NCBI RefSeq assembly: GCF_006345805.1
Contig: NC_043003.1
Span: 97,774,001-97,838,000 of the forward strand
Reading direction: 5' to 3'
Source of the DNA: Octopus sinensis
Lineage: Eukaryota
Length of the DNA stretch: 64,000 nucleotides
Part shown: one piece after another, positions 50,167 through 62,313 of the stretch
Position numbering within the stretch: the stretch's first letter is position 1
Layout: every line of letters begins with the position of its first letter
Translations under genes and position numbers: made by a program
Notes under the pieces: model-generated
What the model was told of the DNA's origin: nothing
Database searches by the model: none
The model's input: only the letters and a program-made list of their open reading frames with translations

Positions 50167-50541
50167 AGTTCGCAAAGCATGGTTCCGGGTTCAGTCCCAC
50201 TGCGTGGCATGTTGGGCAAGTGTCTTCTACTATAGCCTCGAGCCGACCAAAATCTTGTGAGTGGATTTGGTAGACGGAAACTGAAAGAAGCCCGTCGTAT
50301 ATATGTATATATATATATGTGTGTGTGTATGTTTGTGTGTCTGTGTTTGTCTCCCTAGCATTGCTTGACAACCGATGCTGGTGTGTTTACGTCCCCGTCA
50401 CTTAGCTGTTCAGCAAAAGAAACCGATAGAATAAGTACTAGGCTTACAAAGAATAAGTCGTGGGGTCGATTTACTCGACTAAAGGCGGTGCTCCAGCATG
50501 GCCGCAGTCAAATGACTGAAACAAGTAAAAGAGTAAAAGAG
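50167..50541 (+). mobile_element. SINE family A (5'-truncated), inserted in the Buster transposase
   Basis: Matches the family A body and tail. Confidence 0.8.
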
Positions 50542-50780
50542 AGTAAAGCGATAACTCGAGAGCACTTTTCCTTTCGAGAGTCATCGCACGTCTGTATGAA
50601 GCAGTAAACACTTAAAACCAGAATCCATAGGGATGCAAAATGTCTGCACTGTCGGGAATGCAATTGTATGTAATTCACCACTTTAACAACGCTGTCCATC
50701 ATCTTGAGGAAACCATCAGGTACAGATTTTGACATCAAAACTTCGTGGTGAATCATGCAAAGTACATACAATTTAAACTT

Positions 50781-50993
50781 ACTCTCTCTTTACTCTTTTG
50801 CTTGTTTCAGTCATTTGACTGTGGCCATGCTGGAGCACCGCCTATAGTCGAGCAAATCGACCCCAGGACTTATTCTTTGTAAGCCTAGTACTTATTCTAT
50901 CGGTCTCTTTTGCCGAACTGTTAAGTTACGGGGACGTAAACACACTAGTATCGGTTGTCAAGCGATGTTGGGGGGACAAACACAGACACACAA

Positions 50994-51053
<60 letters not shown>

Positions 51054-51243
51054 ACATACATATATATACACATATATACGACGGGCTTCTTTCAGTTTCC
51101 GTCTACCAAATCCACTCACAAAGCTCTGGTCGGTCCGAGGCTATAGTAGAAGACACTTGCCCAAGGTGCCACGCAATGGGACTGAACCTGGAGCCATGTG
51201 GTTGGTAAGCAAGCTGCTTACCACACAGCCACTCCTACGCCTA
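50781..51243 (-). mobile_element. SINE family A, inserted in the Buster transposase
   Basis: Full head to tail with an expanded internal (CA)n. Confidence 0.85.
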
Positions 51244-52173
51244 GGAGTGAATTTTTTGTAATACATGAGCCACGAAGCCTTTTTTTTCGACCCTGCATGG
51301 ATCTAGCGCCGTCAATGCAAACGCTAATACAAGTTTGCCAGTGCATCCCTCTCAATACGACGTTTTGGCTTACCGGGTTAAAGACATCTCCTGTCGTTCT
51401 TTCCTTCAATTCACCACAAAAGAAAAACTACTTATGATTTTACCACCTCTGATGATTCGCAGAAAGGAAATTATTGATTTGTAAGGCTCACAAGTTTTCG
51501 AATTCATTTTTTGCTCCAGTGAAATGTTCGCAGAGCTGATCATGAATATCTCGCGAAATGCCTTGAATTTTACGAGAAATCGTGTGGGCAGACAAAGGAA
51601 TGGTCTTAATTTGTTTGATAGCTTCATCACTACTCATTGTGCCAACAGCGATCGCCAAAGATGGTAAAATAATGTTTTCGGCATCAGAATGTTTTTTTCC
51701 CCTTCTTTGTCAAAAGCTGGATAATCTTGTAACTAGCGATTTGAACTTTCTCGGGAATTGAGTGAAATTTCTTCAGCCTTTTTGATTTAGCATCTCAAAG
51801 TATTCTATTGGTTTGTCCTTATGTTGCAGATGAATTGTTTTTAAATGACGTTGGAGTTCAGTTGGAACCATCGCTTCATTTGAGAGTGTTGTTAAACATC
51901 ATACAAAAAGGAACCGAGCTGTCTTTTTCCGATAATATAAAACCATATAGGATGTAATTTTCTTTATATTTTCGTTTTGATAAGGAGGTTCGTTTTGTTT
52001 GCTAGGACTCTCTTTCTCATTTTTCTGAGGTCCCAATAAAAATTTGTCCATGTTTAAATCTAAAATTAAAAATCGATTAAAATTAACAAAATAATTTATG
52101 TAAATTATAACTAAATCAAAAACTACAACGACTACTGAACAATTTACTTACAGACAATCCCGGTTTAAATGCA

Positions 52174-52829
52174 GAAATGTAATATATATTCTTTTCTACT
52201 CTAGGTACAAGGCCCGAAATTTTGGAGGAGGGGGCCAGTCGATTAGATCGACCTCTGTACGCAATTGGCATATAATTTATCGACCCCGAAAGGATGAAAG
52301 GCAAAATCGACCTCGGCGGAATTTGAACTCGAAACGTAAAGACAGACAAAATACCGCTAAGCATTTCGCCCGGCGTGCTAACGTTTCTGCCAGCTCACCG
52401 CCTTAGAAATGTAATATATTTATTTCTTTATTGCCCGCAAGGGGCTAAACATAGAAGGGACAAACAAGGATAGACGAAGAGATTAGGTGGATGAGATCGA
52501 CCCCAGTGCGTAACTGGTACTTATTTAATCGACTCCGAAAAGATGAAAGGCAAAATCCACCTCGGCGGAATTTGAACTCAGAACGAAAAGACAAACGGAA
52601 TACTTATTTCTTTACTACACACAACGGGCTAAACACAGAGAGGACAAACAAGGACAGACAAACGGATTAAGTCGATTATATCGACCCCAGTGCGTAACTG
52701 GTACTTATTTAATCGACCCCGAAAGGATGAAAGGCAAAGTCGACTTCGGCAGCAGACGAAATACTGCTAAGCATTTCGCACGGCGTGCTAACGTTTCTGC
52801 CAGCTCGCCGCCTTCGAAATGTAATATAT
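52174..52829 (-). mobile_element. Stack of three family-B SINEs
   Basis: Three GGATGAAAGGCAAA cores, with GAAATGTAATATAT repeated at 52174, 52406 and 52816. Confidence 0.85.
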
Positions 52830-53214
52830 TGTAGCAAAACTGTTGTTCGTCATGTAACGTAATTAATTTGTATTTACCATATTTTAAGATTTATATAATT
52901 AATTTATATTTACGCTCGAATTTTGCGAATGTTTTTGGATCGTTGTTTCCCGAAAATATTTTTCGTGGCACTCCAGGAATCTTTCGCAGCACACCAATGT
53001 GCTGCGGCACACAGTTTGGCAGACACTGCCTTGGGCTAGCGTTTTTAACTATAGCACCAAGTAGCAGGACCGGCCTTAGGAGGTGCGGGGCCCAATTGGG
53101 AACAATTTTGACCGGCCCCAGGTTCCCATTGAACTTGCACCAAGGTCTTTAGAATCATAAAAATATAAAAATATACTCCTTTGCAGAATATTAGGAGCCG
53201 AAATTAGTTGATAG

Positions 53215-53245
<31 letters not shown>

Positions 53246-53434
53246 ACACACAAAACAACAAGGGAAAAAATAACTCGAGGTGAGGGGTGGGTGTGGGGGA
53301 ATTTCCGAGGGTCCACTCTACCCCATCCCTTCTGATTTCCGTGGAAAAAATCATTTGCGGCATATTAGGAGACAAGAAAAAAAAAGAGGAAAAAACCATT
53401 AGTTCCCACCGAAATCGAATTAGGTGTTAAACTA

Positions 53435-54347
53435 TTGGGTCATCCCATAAATAATGCGGTTTTTTCAATTGCATGATCTAAAAGTCGGAGGGGAACCGGA
53501 TAGACTATCTGCATCAACTTGCTATAAAAGTAGGTAGTAATTTTACCTTGTACTTATTCTTAGTGAAAGTTTTGAAGAGTGCAGTTTGATTTTAGCAGTT
53601 ATTTTTTCAAAGCTATAATGGAAGTGACAAAGGAGTATATTTGGCCTGTTTTATGAGTTCAATAAAGGCAGCAAGGTAACGACAAGTGCGAGGAATATTA
53701 ATGCAGTATATGGGGATTGGACAATAAGCATAAGACAGTGTCAACCAACGGTGGATGCAGAAATCCCGAGCCGGAAACTACAGCTTAGAAGACAAGCCTC
53801 ATCCTGGAAGATTTGTAGAGCTCGATGAGGAATTCCTGCAAACCCTGGTGGAACAAAATCCCATCGCAACTGTTGAGGAACTAGCAGAGAAGCTTGGATT
53901 TGGTCATTCAACCATTCCTCGACGCCTGCGCTAGAAGAAAACCGACCATCTTTGGTTTCACGACGAAAGGTGTTCTTCCACCAGGATAATGCTCGGCCAC
54001 CTACAGCGAGTAGTTTGAAGGCTAGAGTAGTTTGAATGGGAAACGATGCCCCACCCACCATATTTGCCTGACATTGCCCCATCTGATTATCATTCATTCC
54101 GGTGTCTTCAAAATAATTTGAACGGAAAAAATATGAATTCTGTAGACGAGGTCAGAACAGTACTGGAGGAATATTTTTCGTCACGGGCAAGTGAATTTTG
54201 GAAGAGGAGCCTTGCAAGTTTACTAGATAGTGGGAAAAGCATTGTGGAAAATGAAGGAGAGTATATTGTAGATTAAAAATGGACTTTATTTTCATTTTGA
54301 AAAATAAAAGAAGTATAAAAAAACGCATTATTTATGGAATGACCCAA
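53435..54347 (+). mobile_element. Internally deleted mariner (DD34D) element, 913 bp
   Basis: TA-TTGGGTCATCCCATAAATAATGCG ... CGCATTATTTATGGAATGACCCAA-TA. Retains the N-terminal HTH (from ATG 53618) and FHQDNARP..HPPYLPDIAPSDYH..EGEYIVD; the central catalytic part is missing. Confidence 0.92.
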
Positions 54348-54722
54348 TATAAATTTACCAAAAATGTTCACTATCAGTAAGCGAAACTACATCTAAACAA
54401 CACTTTTTAAAAAATATTCTGGCAAAAATTGAAAAAAATTTAACAAGATCCTATAGAAACGTCTATCTGTTGGATGATGTTACGCTAAAAAATATATACA
54501 TAAAATGCAAATTGTTAATTAGAATTCTTCGGAAGCTGGTTATATACTTAACTTCTATTTTTTTTTTCTATAACCTCTGTTGTAGAAAACAGTCCTGTCT
54601 GTGTGCCAAGAAGTCTTTTCCTTAGCTATATGGTTCTGGGTTTAGCACCACTGTGTGACACCAAATGTCTCCTACTATAGCCTCCGTGTATGTGTGTGTG
54701 TGAGTATATGTATGTGAGTATG

Positions 54723-54781
<59 letters not shown>

Positions 54782-55099
54782 ACTGTGTTTGTGCTTGTCC
54801 AAAAACCCAAATGGGCGTCATTGCAAAGAAATTTTGTCTTTTGAACAAGAGACAAGAAATTTTATCTCACCTTCTCCCTCTCTCTCTCTCTTCCGCTCTT
54901 TCACTGTACACCTACACATGCGCGCGTGTGAGTGTATGTATACAATTCACCAAACGCTAAAAAAATACATATACCTACAATCATACACATGCTAACATAA
55001 ACATACATGCGCATACATTTACGCAAATACAAAGACCTCAACCAAACCAAACCTCTATAAAAATAATTGAACTTTTAACTTTTGCTTAACCATATCTCT

Positions 55100-55963
55100 T
55101 TGACATAAGTACGTAATAACAATCGCAATATTTTCAGTATTACTCAAATCACGCGTTCCGTCACATTTCAGCGAAAGTAAGGAACATCGGAACATTTTAT
55201 TTCATCGACAATAAAGCTCACAGTGTATCTCTTCAACAATTCGATGATTTCGTTTTGCATTGCTGCTGAGGTGTAGGTCGCATTTTTTGGAATCGTGCTG
55301 TAACATTCCATTAGCTTTGAGTCTTTCTCTAATGTGCATTGGAATAATTTCATAAAAAGACCACAAGGCTGCGTGTCATCTTCCGAATAAAGATCCTGAA
55401 AAGCTTCATTTTCGTTTCCTCGAAAAGGCAATTCGTTTGCACAAAGAAAATGAACAATATCAACAATGGAACTGATATAATAACGGTTTTTGCTCAACTG
55501 ATCATTTTGCAAGATTGAAGACACGGATGTTGTTGTGGATAAACGCTGTTGGCGTTCCCTCCATCTTACCATAGCTTGGATAAGGGATGCAGAGTTTGCG
55601 TGCTTACTTAAACCTTTTTTTTTTCTTTTGCGTGATGCCAGTTAGCATACCCATCTTTAACAAAGCAAATATCCGCTTGAGCAGAAGTGTTAAAGTGCCG
55701 ACAAGGAAAACAAAATAAAGCTTTCTTTGAATGAGAATATTCTAACCATGGACGTCGGTATACTGGCCTGGTGAGAAGTCACGTTTCTGATTTCCATAAA
55801 CCTTTGGATCAAACATTGCTAGAACTGGCTGCACTGGGTGGCAGTCGACTTCCTTGAGCTGCGAAACTTCTTCGTTTGCAATTTTCTTCTGTGTAGCATT
55901 GGATGAATCAGATTGGAAATTCAGCAATGATTGCTTCAGTTCTCTTTTTCGGCAGCGATTCAT
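55100..55963 (-). pseudogene. N-terminal half of a hAT transposase (TTF-type zinc finger + DUF4371/ZMYM1-like)
   Basis: WLEYSHSKKALFCFPCRHF, NRYYISSIVDIVHFLCANELPFRG, KNATYTSAAMQNEII, then a frameshifted SLKCDGTRDLSNTENIAIVI. Truncated after the first catalytic Asp. Confidence 0.8.
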
Positions 55964-56083
55964 TATTGTACCAACACTACGTAGTACACTGACCTAAAGG
56001 TATATTTCGTCGAGTGATCTTACACTAATGTCGATTGAATGAAAACGATTTAACCAACACTTTATACTTATTGATATATATGT

Positions 56084-56575
56084 CATCATCATTCATCATC
56101 ATTGTTCGACCATGGTCGAGACAATGGAATTTACCATGCTACGCTAGACTTCACGATCCATCATAGCATTACGGAGGTCCTGTTTCTGGATGCCTGTATC
56201 CCTGGAAATTACATCAGGGTAGGAGAGTGTGCGCCCTCTGGTGTTGCGAGTAGATGGCTTCCAGAGGAGAAGAGTAGAAATTGCCTCGTTTTCAGCTCTA
56301 CAACAATGTCCAGCAAACTGGACTCTCCTACCTTTCACAAGAGATGACACAGGTGGTAGTTTCCCATATATTTGCATTTTGGTTGGATGATGCTTCCACG
56401 AGAGATTTTGAGCTCTCATAAGGAGGCGAGTGTAAGTTCCATCCAACCGCCTCTCAAGCTTCTTTGATAACATCCAGGTTTCTGAGCCATATAGTAGAAT
56501 TGGTTCGACTGTGGCTTCGAAGATTTCAAGTTTGAAGTCTCTACTTAGATTTGATGACCAGATCTTATGCATGTC
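56084..56575 (-). mobile_element. 5'-truncated RTE-type LINE with TSD
   Basis: ORF 56144-56620 (KIWSSNLSRDFKLEIFEATVEPILLYGSETW...), (TGA)n tail, and ATATATGT at 56076-56083 and 56576-56583. Confidence 0.9.
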
Positions 56576-57157
56576 ATATATGTAACAACATGGCAAGTCG
56601 CGTGTGGCATAAGAAACCAAGTTTTATAAATTTATAAATTTTAGGGTCAGTACTCTGGTTCCACATCTGAGTCCGTCACCAGACTTTGATGCTTAGGATG
56701 GCTTCAAAACAATCTGCATGGGTTCTGAAATTCGCAATGATTCTAAGGCAAATTATCATAGTAAGCGTAACAATTTCTTAAAATTTATGTACTTTTGAAT
56801 TAAATTAGAAGAGATTTCAGTTCAAGCAAATTTTTTCAACAATTTCTTCAAAGTCATGCCTTTTTGATTAAGCACAAAAAGATTTCAGTATAAACTTTCG
56901 GAAAATATGCTCAAAGAGAAATAAAAAATCATTCTTTGAAACTCCTCAGCTGAAAAAGCCTTTCTGAATGTATATTTGGGAAAAATTCAAATTGGAAGCT
57001 TAAAATACCAAGGATGGAATTTTGTTTTTACCTTTTCTCTGAATTCATAAACTCAATAATTCCTGACTGGTGGGAATAAAATGGCATCTCTGTTCATATA
57101 TATACGTGTGTGTGTGTATGTGTGCGTTACTAGTACCATAAATCTGTCTGTATGTCT

Positions 57158-57568
57158 TTACTCTTTACTCTTTTACTTGTTTCAGTCATTTGACTGCGGC
57201 CATGCTGGAGCACCGCCTTTAATCGAGCAACTCGACCCCGGGACTTATTCTTTGTAAGCCCAGTACTTATTCTATTGGTCTCTTTTGCCGAACCGCAAAG
57301 TGACGGTGACATAAACACACCAGCATCGGTTGTGAAACAATGCTAGGGAGACAAACACAAACATACACGCACACACACATATACATATATATATACATAT
57401 ATACGACGGACTTCTTTCAGTTTCCGTCTACCAAATCCACTCACAAGGCTTTGGTCGGCCCGAGGCTATAGTAGAAGACACTTGCCCAAGGTGCCACGCA
57501 GTGGGACTGAACCCGGAACCATGTGGTTCGTAAGCAAGTTACTTACCACACAGCCACTCCTGCGCCTG
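57158..57568 (-). mobile_element. SINE family A
   Basis: Full-length copy. Confidence 0.85.
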
Positions 57569-58011
57569 TATGTCTGTATGTATGTGTATATATGCATACA
57601 CATAAACATGTGTTCCTAGAAGATTTTTGTCGCCAGGGATAAAGGAGTTAATGCTTTTAGACACACTCGCATACATAAATCTGTCTCCAGTTTATTTCTC
57701 CATAGGGAATTAAGATGGCATTGCTTTCAGCACTGACCAGTTCTACGGTACACGCACGCGCGCGCGTTTGTAATTACCCACATACTTTCACATAGCACTA
57801 AATCTATTATTGCCTCTTTAGCGACGTCAAGTGATAAAGTATTGTGTTGATGTCTATCTACTGAGGAGTCTGGAGGGGCTGAAATTCTAAGTTGGGGGAG
57901 GGGGGCTAAGCACGCCATAGCTTCGCCGTGTTACGTGCATACATACAACTCTGACCCTTAAAAAGGCTGACCCAAGCAATTTTTGATGAATGGGTTTTAT
58001 CTCTTGGTATC

Positions 58012-58240
58012 TTGAGCTGGCAGAAACGTTAGCACGCCGGGCGAAATGCGTAACCGTATTTCGTCTGCCGTTATGTTCTGAGTTCAAATTCCGCCGAGGT
58101 CGACTTTGCCTTTCATCCTTTCGGGGTCGATTAAATAAGTACCAGTTACGCACTGAGGTCGATATAATCGACTTAATCCGTTTGTCTGTCCTTGTTTGTC
58201 CTCTCTGTGTTTAGCCCCTTGTGGGTAGTAAAGAAATAGG
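58012..58240 (+). mobile_element. SINE family B
   Basis: Near-consensus copy. Confidence 0.85.
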
Positions 58241-58823
58241 TATCTTGTGTTGCTAAAGTGTAGAAAGTATGTTTAAAAAAAAAAAATTTTAATGTAGATT
58301 TTCTTTTAAACTGCAGAGAGACCACCTTCATGAAATGTCGCAGTTTAAGGTTGTGGCCTCTTTGGGCGCGGGGCCAGATTGGGAGTAAATGGTCCAATTG
58401 GCTGAAGACTGGCCCTGCCAAGCAGGTCAATATTTTGTGAGCGAATTTGGTGAACGGAAACTTTGTAGAAGCCTGTCGTATTTACACACACACGTATACG
58501 TATTTACGTGTGTATATGTGTGTGTTTATTCCTACCATCGCTTGAAAACTGGTGTTGGTTTGTAAACGTACATGTGATTTCGGAGTTTGGCAAAAGAAAA
58601 TGATAGAAAAAGGTACCAAACTTAAAAAAAAGCAAGTACAGAGGACGATCTAAATCTTTCAAGACACTGCCCCACCTTGACCGCAGTCCAAAATATTGTA
58701 GTTTTAGACAGATGATGTCTACACACACACACACACAATCCCTCCCCAGGCATGGCTGGTCATGGCTGGAAAGCCTATGATTGTATCTTTACTCAATCAT
58801 AGCGAACATGAGGTTAATAACAA

Positions 58824-59132
58824 ACAAAAAAAAAAGTCGCTTTTTTCAAGCCTAGCCAGGCTCATGGGCCCGGTTTCCCCGGCATATGTGTTCCTCCCCC
58901 AGCTGAACGGGACGCCAGTCCATCGCAGCGTTACCCAAGAAACAGGAAGAGAGAGTGAGAGAAAGTTGTGGCGAAAGAGTACAACAGGGATCGCCCCCCT
59001 CCTACAGGAGCATCGTGGAGCTTTTTTGGGTGTTTTCGCTCAATAAACACACACAACGCCCGGTCTCGGAATCGAAACCGCGTTCCTCCGACCGCGAGTC
59101 CGCTGCCCTAACCACTGGGCTATTGCGCCTCC
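58824..59132 (-). mobile_element. SINE family E with 14-bp TSD
   Basis: GAGGTTAATAACAA at 58810-58823 and 59133-59146. Confidence 0.8.
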
Positions 59133-60065
59133 GAGGTTAATAACAACAAATAGATAATAACAATAAGTAAATAATAATAATAGATGGAGCCGCATGCGAT
59201 AACTTTGTATAAACATTCATGGTAATCTCGTTCCTGTTTATGTCTTTCCTGCTTGAGGCAATTTGCAACAATTTAAGTGAAACGTAAACGGGTATCAACC
59301 TCAGCAATCTTCGAGGGCCGGCAATGACCATGGGCTCTGCCCTTTCCTCCATAACCTCACTCCCTGAAGCCCTTGCAGTACATACATACATACATACATA
59401 CATATATACATGCATAAGTAGATGTATACGCACAATCATTCATACATATATATTTACATATATGCATCCACATATACATACCGTATATGCCGACGTATAA
59501 GTCGCTATTTGAAGCCTAAAAATCTCTCCCCAAAACAAAGGGTCGACTTATCTACTAAATATAAAATGTGAACCGTTACTACTAAGGGGTAGTCAAATGA
59601 AACTGCCGCACATTGTACACCACTTGTCATAACTCTAGTATCCCATCATAATTATTTCCTACTGAAACTCAAGTTTCTTAAGTCTATCTAACGTAGAGAT
59701 AGACCATTCAATATCATAATTGTTTACACATACTACATTACAGCAGTAGAAAACACAGAACTGAAAACCCGCCATTCGCAACAGCTAATCAGTGTACCAA
59801 TAGTACAATCAACACCAAGCGGCTAGCTGTTGAACTATGGGTTCGTAGGGAACTTTCGTACAGACTTCGATATTATCATACAAACTTCAAACTATTGTAC
59901 ACTCTTCAGACTATTGTACAGACTTTGAAATTACTAAACTACCAAACTATCTAACTACTTTAATTACCTATAGGTACATTTAACGGTGTGTAACCTAGCC
60001 AGCTAGCGTTAACGTCTATTCCAGATACCAATATCTATGACCATCAACAATCTTGAATTTGTATA

Positions 60066-60440
60066 CGTAGCTTGCTAACCAACCACATGGTTCCGGGTTC
60101 AGTCCCACTGCGTGGCATCTTGGGCAAGTGTCTTCTGCTATAGCCTCGGGTCGACCAATGCCTTGTGAGTGAATTTGGTTGACGGAAACTGAAAGAAGCC
60201 CGTCGTATATATGTATATGTATATATGTATGTGTTTGTGTGTCTGTGTTTGTCCCCCAGCATTGCTTGACAACCGATGCCGGTGTGTTTACGTCCCCGTC
60301 ACTTAGCGGTTCGGCAAAAGAGACCGATAGAATAAGTACTGGGCTTACAAAGAATAAGTCCCGGGGTCGATTTGTTCGACTAAAGGTGGTGCTCCAGCAT
60401 GGCTGCAGTCAAATGACTGAAACAAGTAAAAAAGAGAAAA
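60066..60440 (+). mobile_element. SINE family A (5'-truncated) inside the pogo element
   Basis: Family A body. GTAGCT occurs at both junctions. Confidence 0.8.
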
Positions 60441-60485
60441 AAAAAAAGAAAAAGAGTAGCTGTGAAAATAGCAGGAAATTTAACC

Positions 60486-62313
60486 ATGGCACCCAATGAA
60501 AAAAGACGGAAGTATGACTGTGGTTTCAAAATAAAAGTTATAGAATTTGCTAAGGGCTCCAATAACTGTGCAGTCGCTAGAGAATTTGGTGTCAGTGAAA
60601 AGTTGGTGCGTGACTGGAGAAAGATTGAAGCGTCTTTAAAGGAAATGCCAAGAAAAAAATGTACCATGAGAATAGGCATTCTTATGTGGAAAACTCTCGA
60701 AAAGCATGTGGCAGAATGGGTACTGGAAACACGTCAAAATGGCTAAGCTGTTAGTAGAAATACCATATGCATTTATGCCCGTAAGTGGGCCAAAGCTCAC
60801 CCTGACTTAGGAAAACATTTTGTGGGACCAGAAAATTAGTGCACCAGATTCATGAATAGGAAAGGCCTAGTGCTGCGTGAAAAAATCAGAATAGCCCAAA
60901 GGTTACCCAATGACCTTAATGCCAAAATTACAACTTTTCATAGTTTTGTTATTGGCTTGAGAAAACAACACTATTTCACAAATAGGTGATATGGATGGAA
61001 CTACAGTAAATTTTGATATGATTAGCAACAAAACTGTAGATGTAAAAGGAGTAAATACTGTTACGTTAAAAAGTACAGCTGGTAGAATCGTTAGCACGCC
61101 GGGCGAAATACTTAGCAGTATTTGTATACAAGGGGCTAAACACAGAGGGGACAAACGGATTAAGTATTTCGCCTGCGGTTACGTTCTGAGTTCAAATTCC
61201 GCCGAGGTCGACTTTGCCTTTCATCCTTTCGGGGTCGATTAAATAAGTACCAGTTACGCACTGGAGTCGATATAATCGACTTAATCCGTTTGTCCCCTCT
61301 GTGTTTAGCCCCTTGTGGGTAGTAAAGAAAGAGTAAAAGGAGTAAAAACTGTTATGTTAAAAAGTACAGGGACAAAAACAAAAAACAAAATTCACTGTTG
61401 TACACTCCTGCATGGCTGATGGAACGAAGCTGAGACCTGTGGTTATATTTAAACGGAAATTAATACCCAAAATAAAATTTCTGTCGGGTGTGTTCGTCCA
61501 CGTCCACCCAAAACGGTGAATGGATGAAAATGGTGTGAAGTTGTGGATAGAAAAAGTTTGGAATCAACGATCAGGTGGCCTTCATAAAGTGCGCAGTCTT
61601 TCGGTGTGGGACATGTTTAGATCACATTTGACGGCTAAATATAAAACCATTTGCAAAGAAGTAACACCGAAATTTCCATTATAATGGGAGGGAGGTTAAC
61701 ATCTGTCCTCCAGCCGTTAGATGTGTCTCTTAGTAAGCCACTCAAAGATAACATGCGTGAACAGTGGATGGAAGCACTCCGTCGGTTACGACGATGAGGG
61801 TTCCGGTTGATCCGAATCAACGGAACAGCCTGCTCGTGAAATTAACGTGTAAATGGCTGAGCACTCCACAGACACGTGCACCCTTAACGTAGTTCTCGGG
61901 GATATTCAGCGTGACACAGAGAGTGACTATAGCAGAAGACACTTGCCCAAGATGCCACGCAGTTGGACTGAACCCGGAACCATGTGGTTGGTAGACAAGC
62001 TACTTACCACACAGCCACTCATGCGCCTAGGATTCGGTTAAAACAGAAACTGTTATCAAATCATTTAAAAAAATGTGAGATATCAAATTTAGCGGATGGC
62101 GTGAGAGATGACATACTGTGGCAGGATAATGTTGATGATGACAACTGTACTGATGGTGATGGTGATGAATTAAAAGAGGATAATACCATAATTGACAAGA
62201 CATTAATGTTTATGTCAGATGATGATGATGATGATGATGAGGATAATTTGAAGGCTTTTAAAACGGTAACATGTTTTAATAAAAAAAAATTAATTTTAGT
62301 ATCTTTGAAATAA
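60486..62313 (+). pseudogene. Disrupted pogo transposase (Brinker-type DBD, CENP-B HTH, DDE_1, acidic tail)
   Basis: RRKYDCGFKIKVIEFA..AVAREFGVSEKLVRDWRK, IGDMDGTTVNFDM, LRPVVIFKRK, WDMFRSH, LTSVLQPLDVS and KSFKKCEISN..DG. Contains stops, frameshifts and SINE breaks. Confidence 0.88.
61079..61332 (+). mobile_element. SINE family B with an internal inverted self-copy and a 37-bp flanking duplication
   Basis: Direct repeat at 61042-61078 and 61333-61369 (2 mismatches). Confidence 0.85.

Larger units (their letters stand above)
49330..53028 (-). mobile_element. Decayed hAT Buster/Charlie (ZBED5/SCAND3-like) transposon, broken by SINEs
   Basis: Minus-strand fragments in order: HKDKPIEYF..ASYKI..AENIILP (51.65-51.9 kb), TTGDVF..CISVCIDGARSM, CMIHHEVL..LLLHTDVR*LSKGKVL, EWVFNPF..EENLIDL and LWISLWSQYPRLAATAVKSLLP.GSSYLC. 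The terminus GCACACAGTTTGGCAGACACTG ends at 53028. The other TIR was not found. Confidence 0.85.
53065..58417 (-). mobile_element. hAT (Tip100-like) element, 5.35 kb, with nested insertions
   Basis: TIRs CAGGACCGGCCTTAG / CTGAAGACTGGCCCTG. 8-bp TSD CCAAGTAG (53057-53064) / CCAAGCAG (58418-58425). Encloses a ZMYM1-like transposase remnant. Confidence 0.7.
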
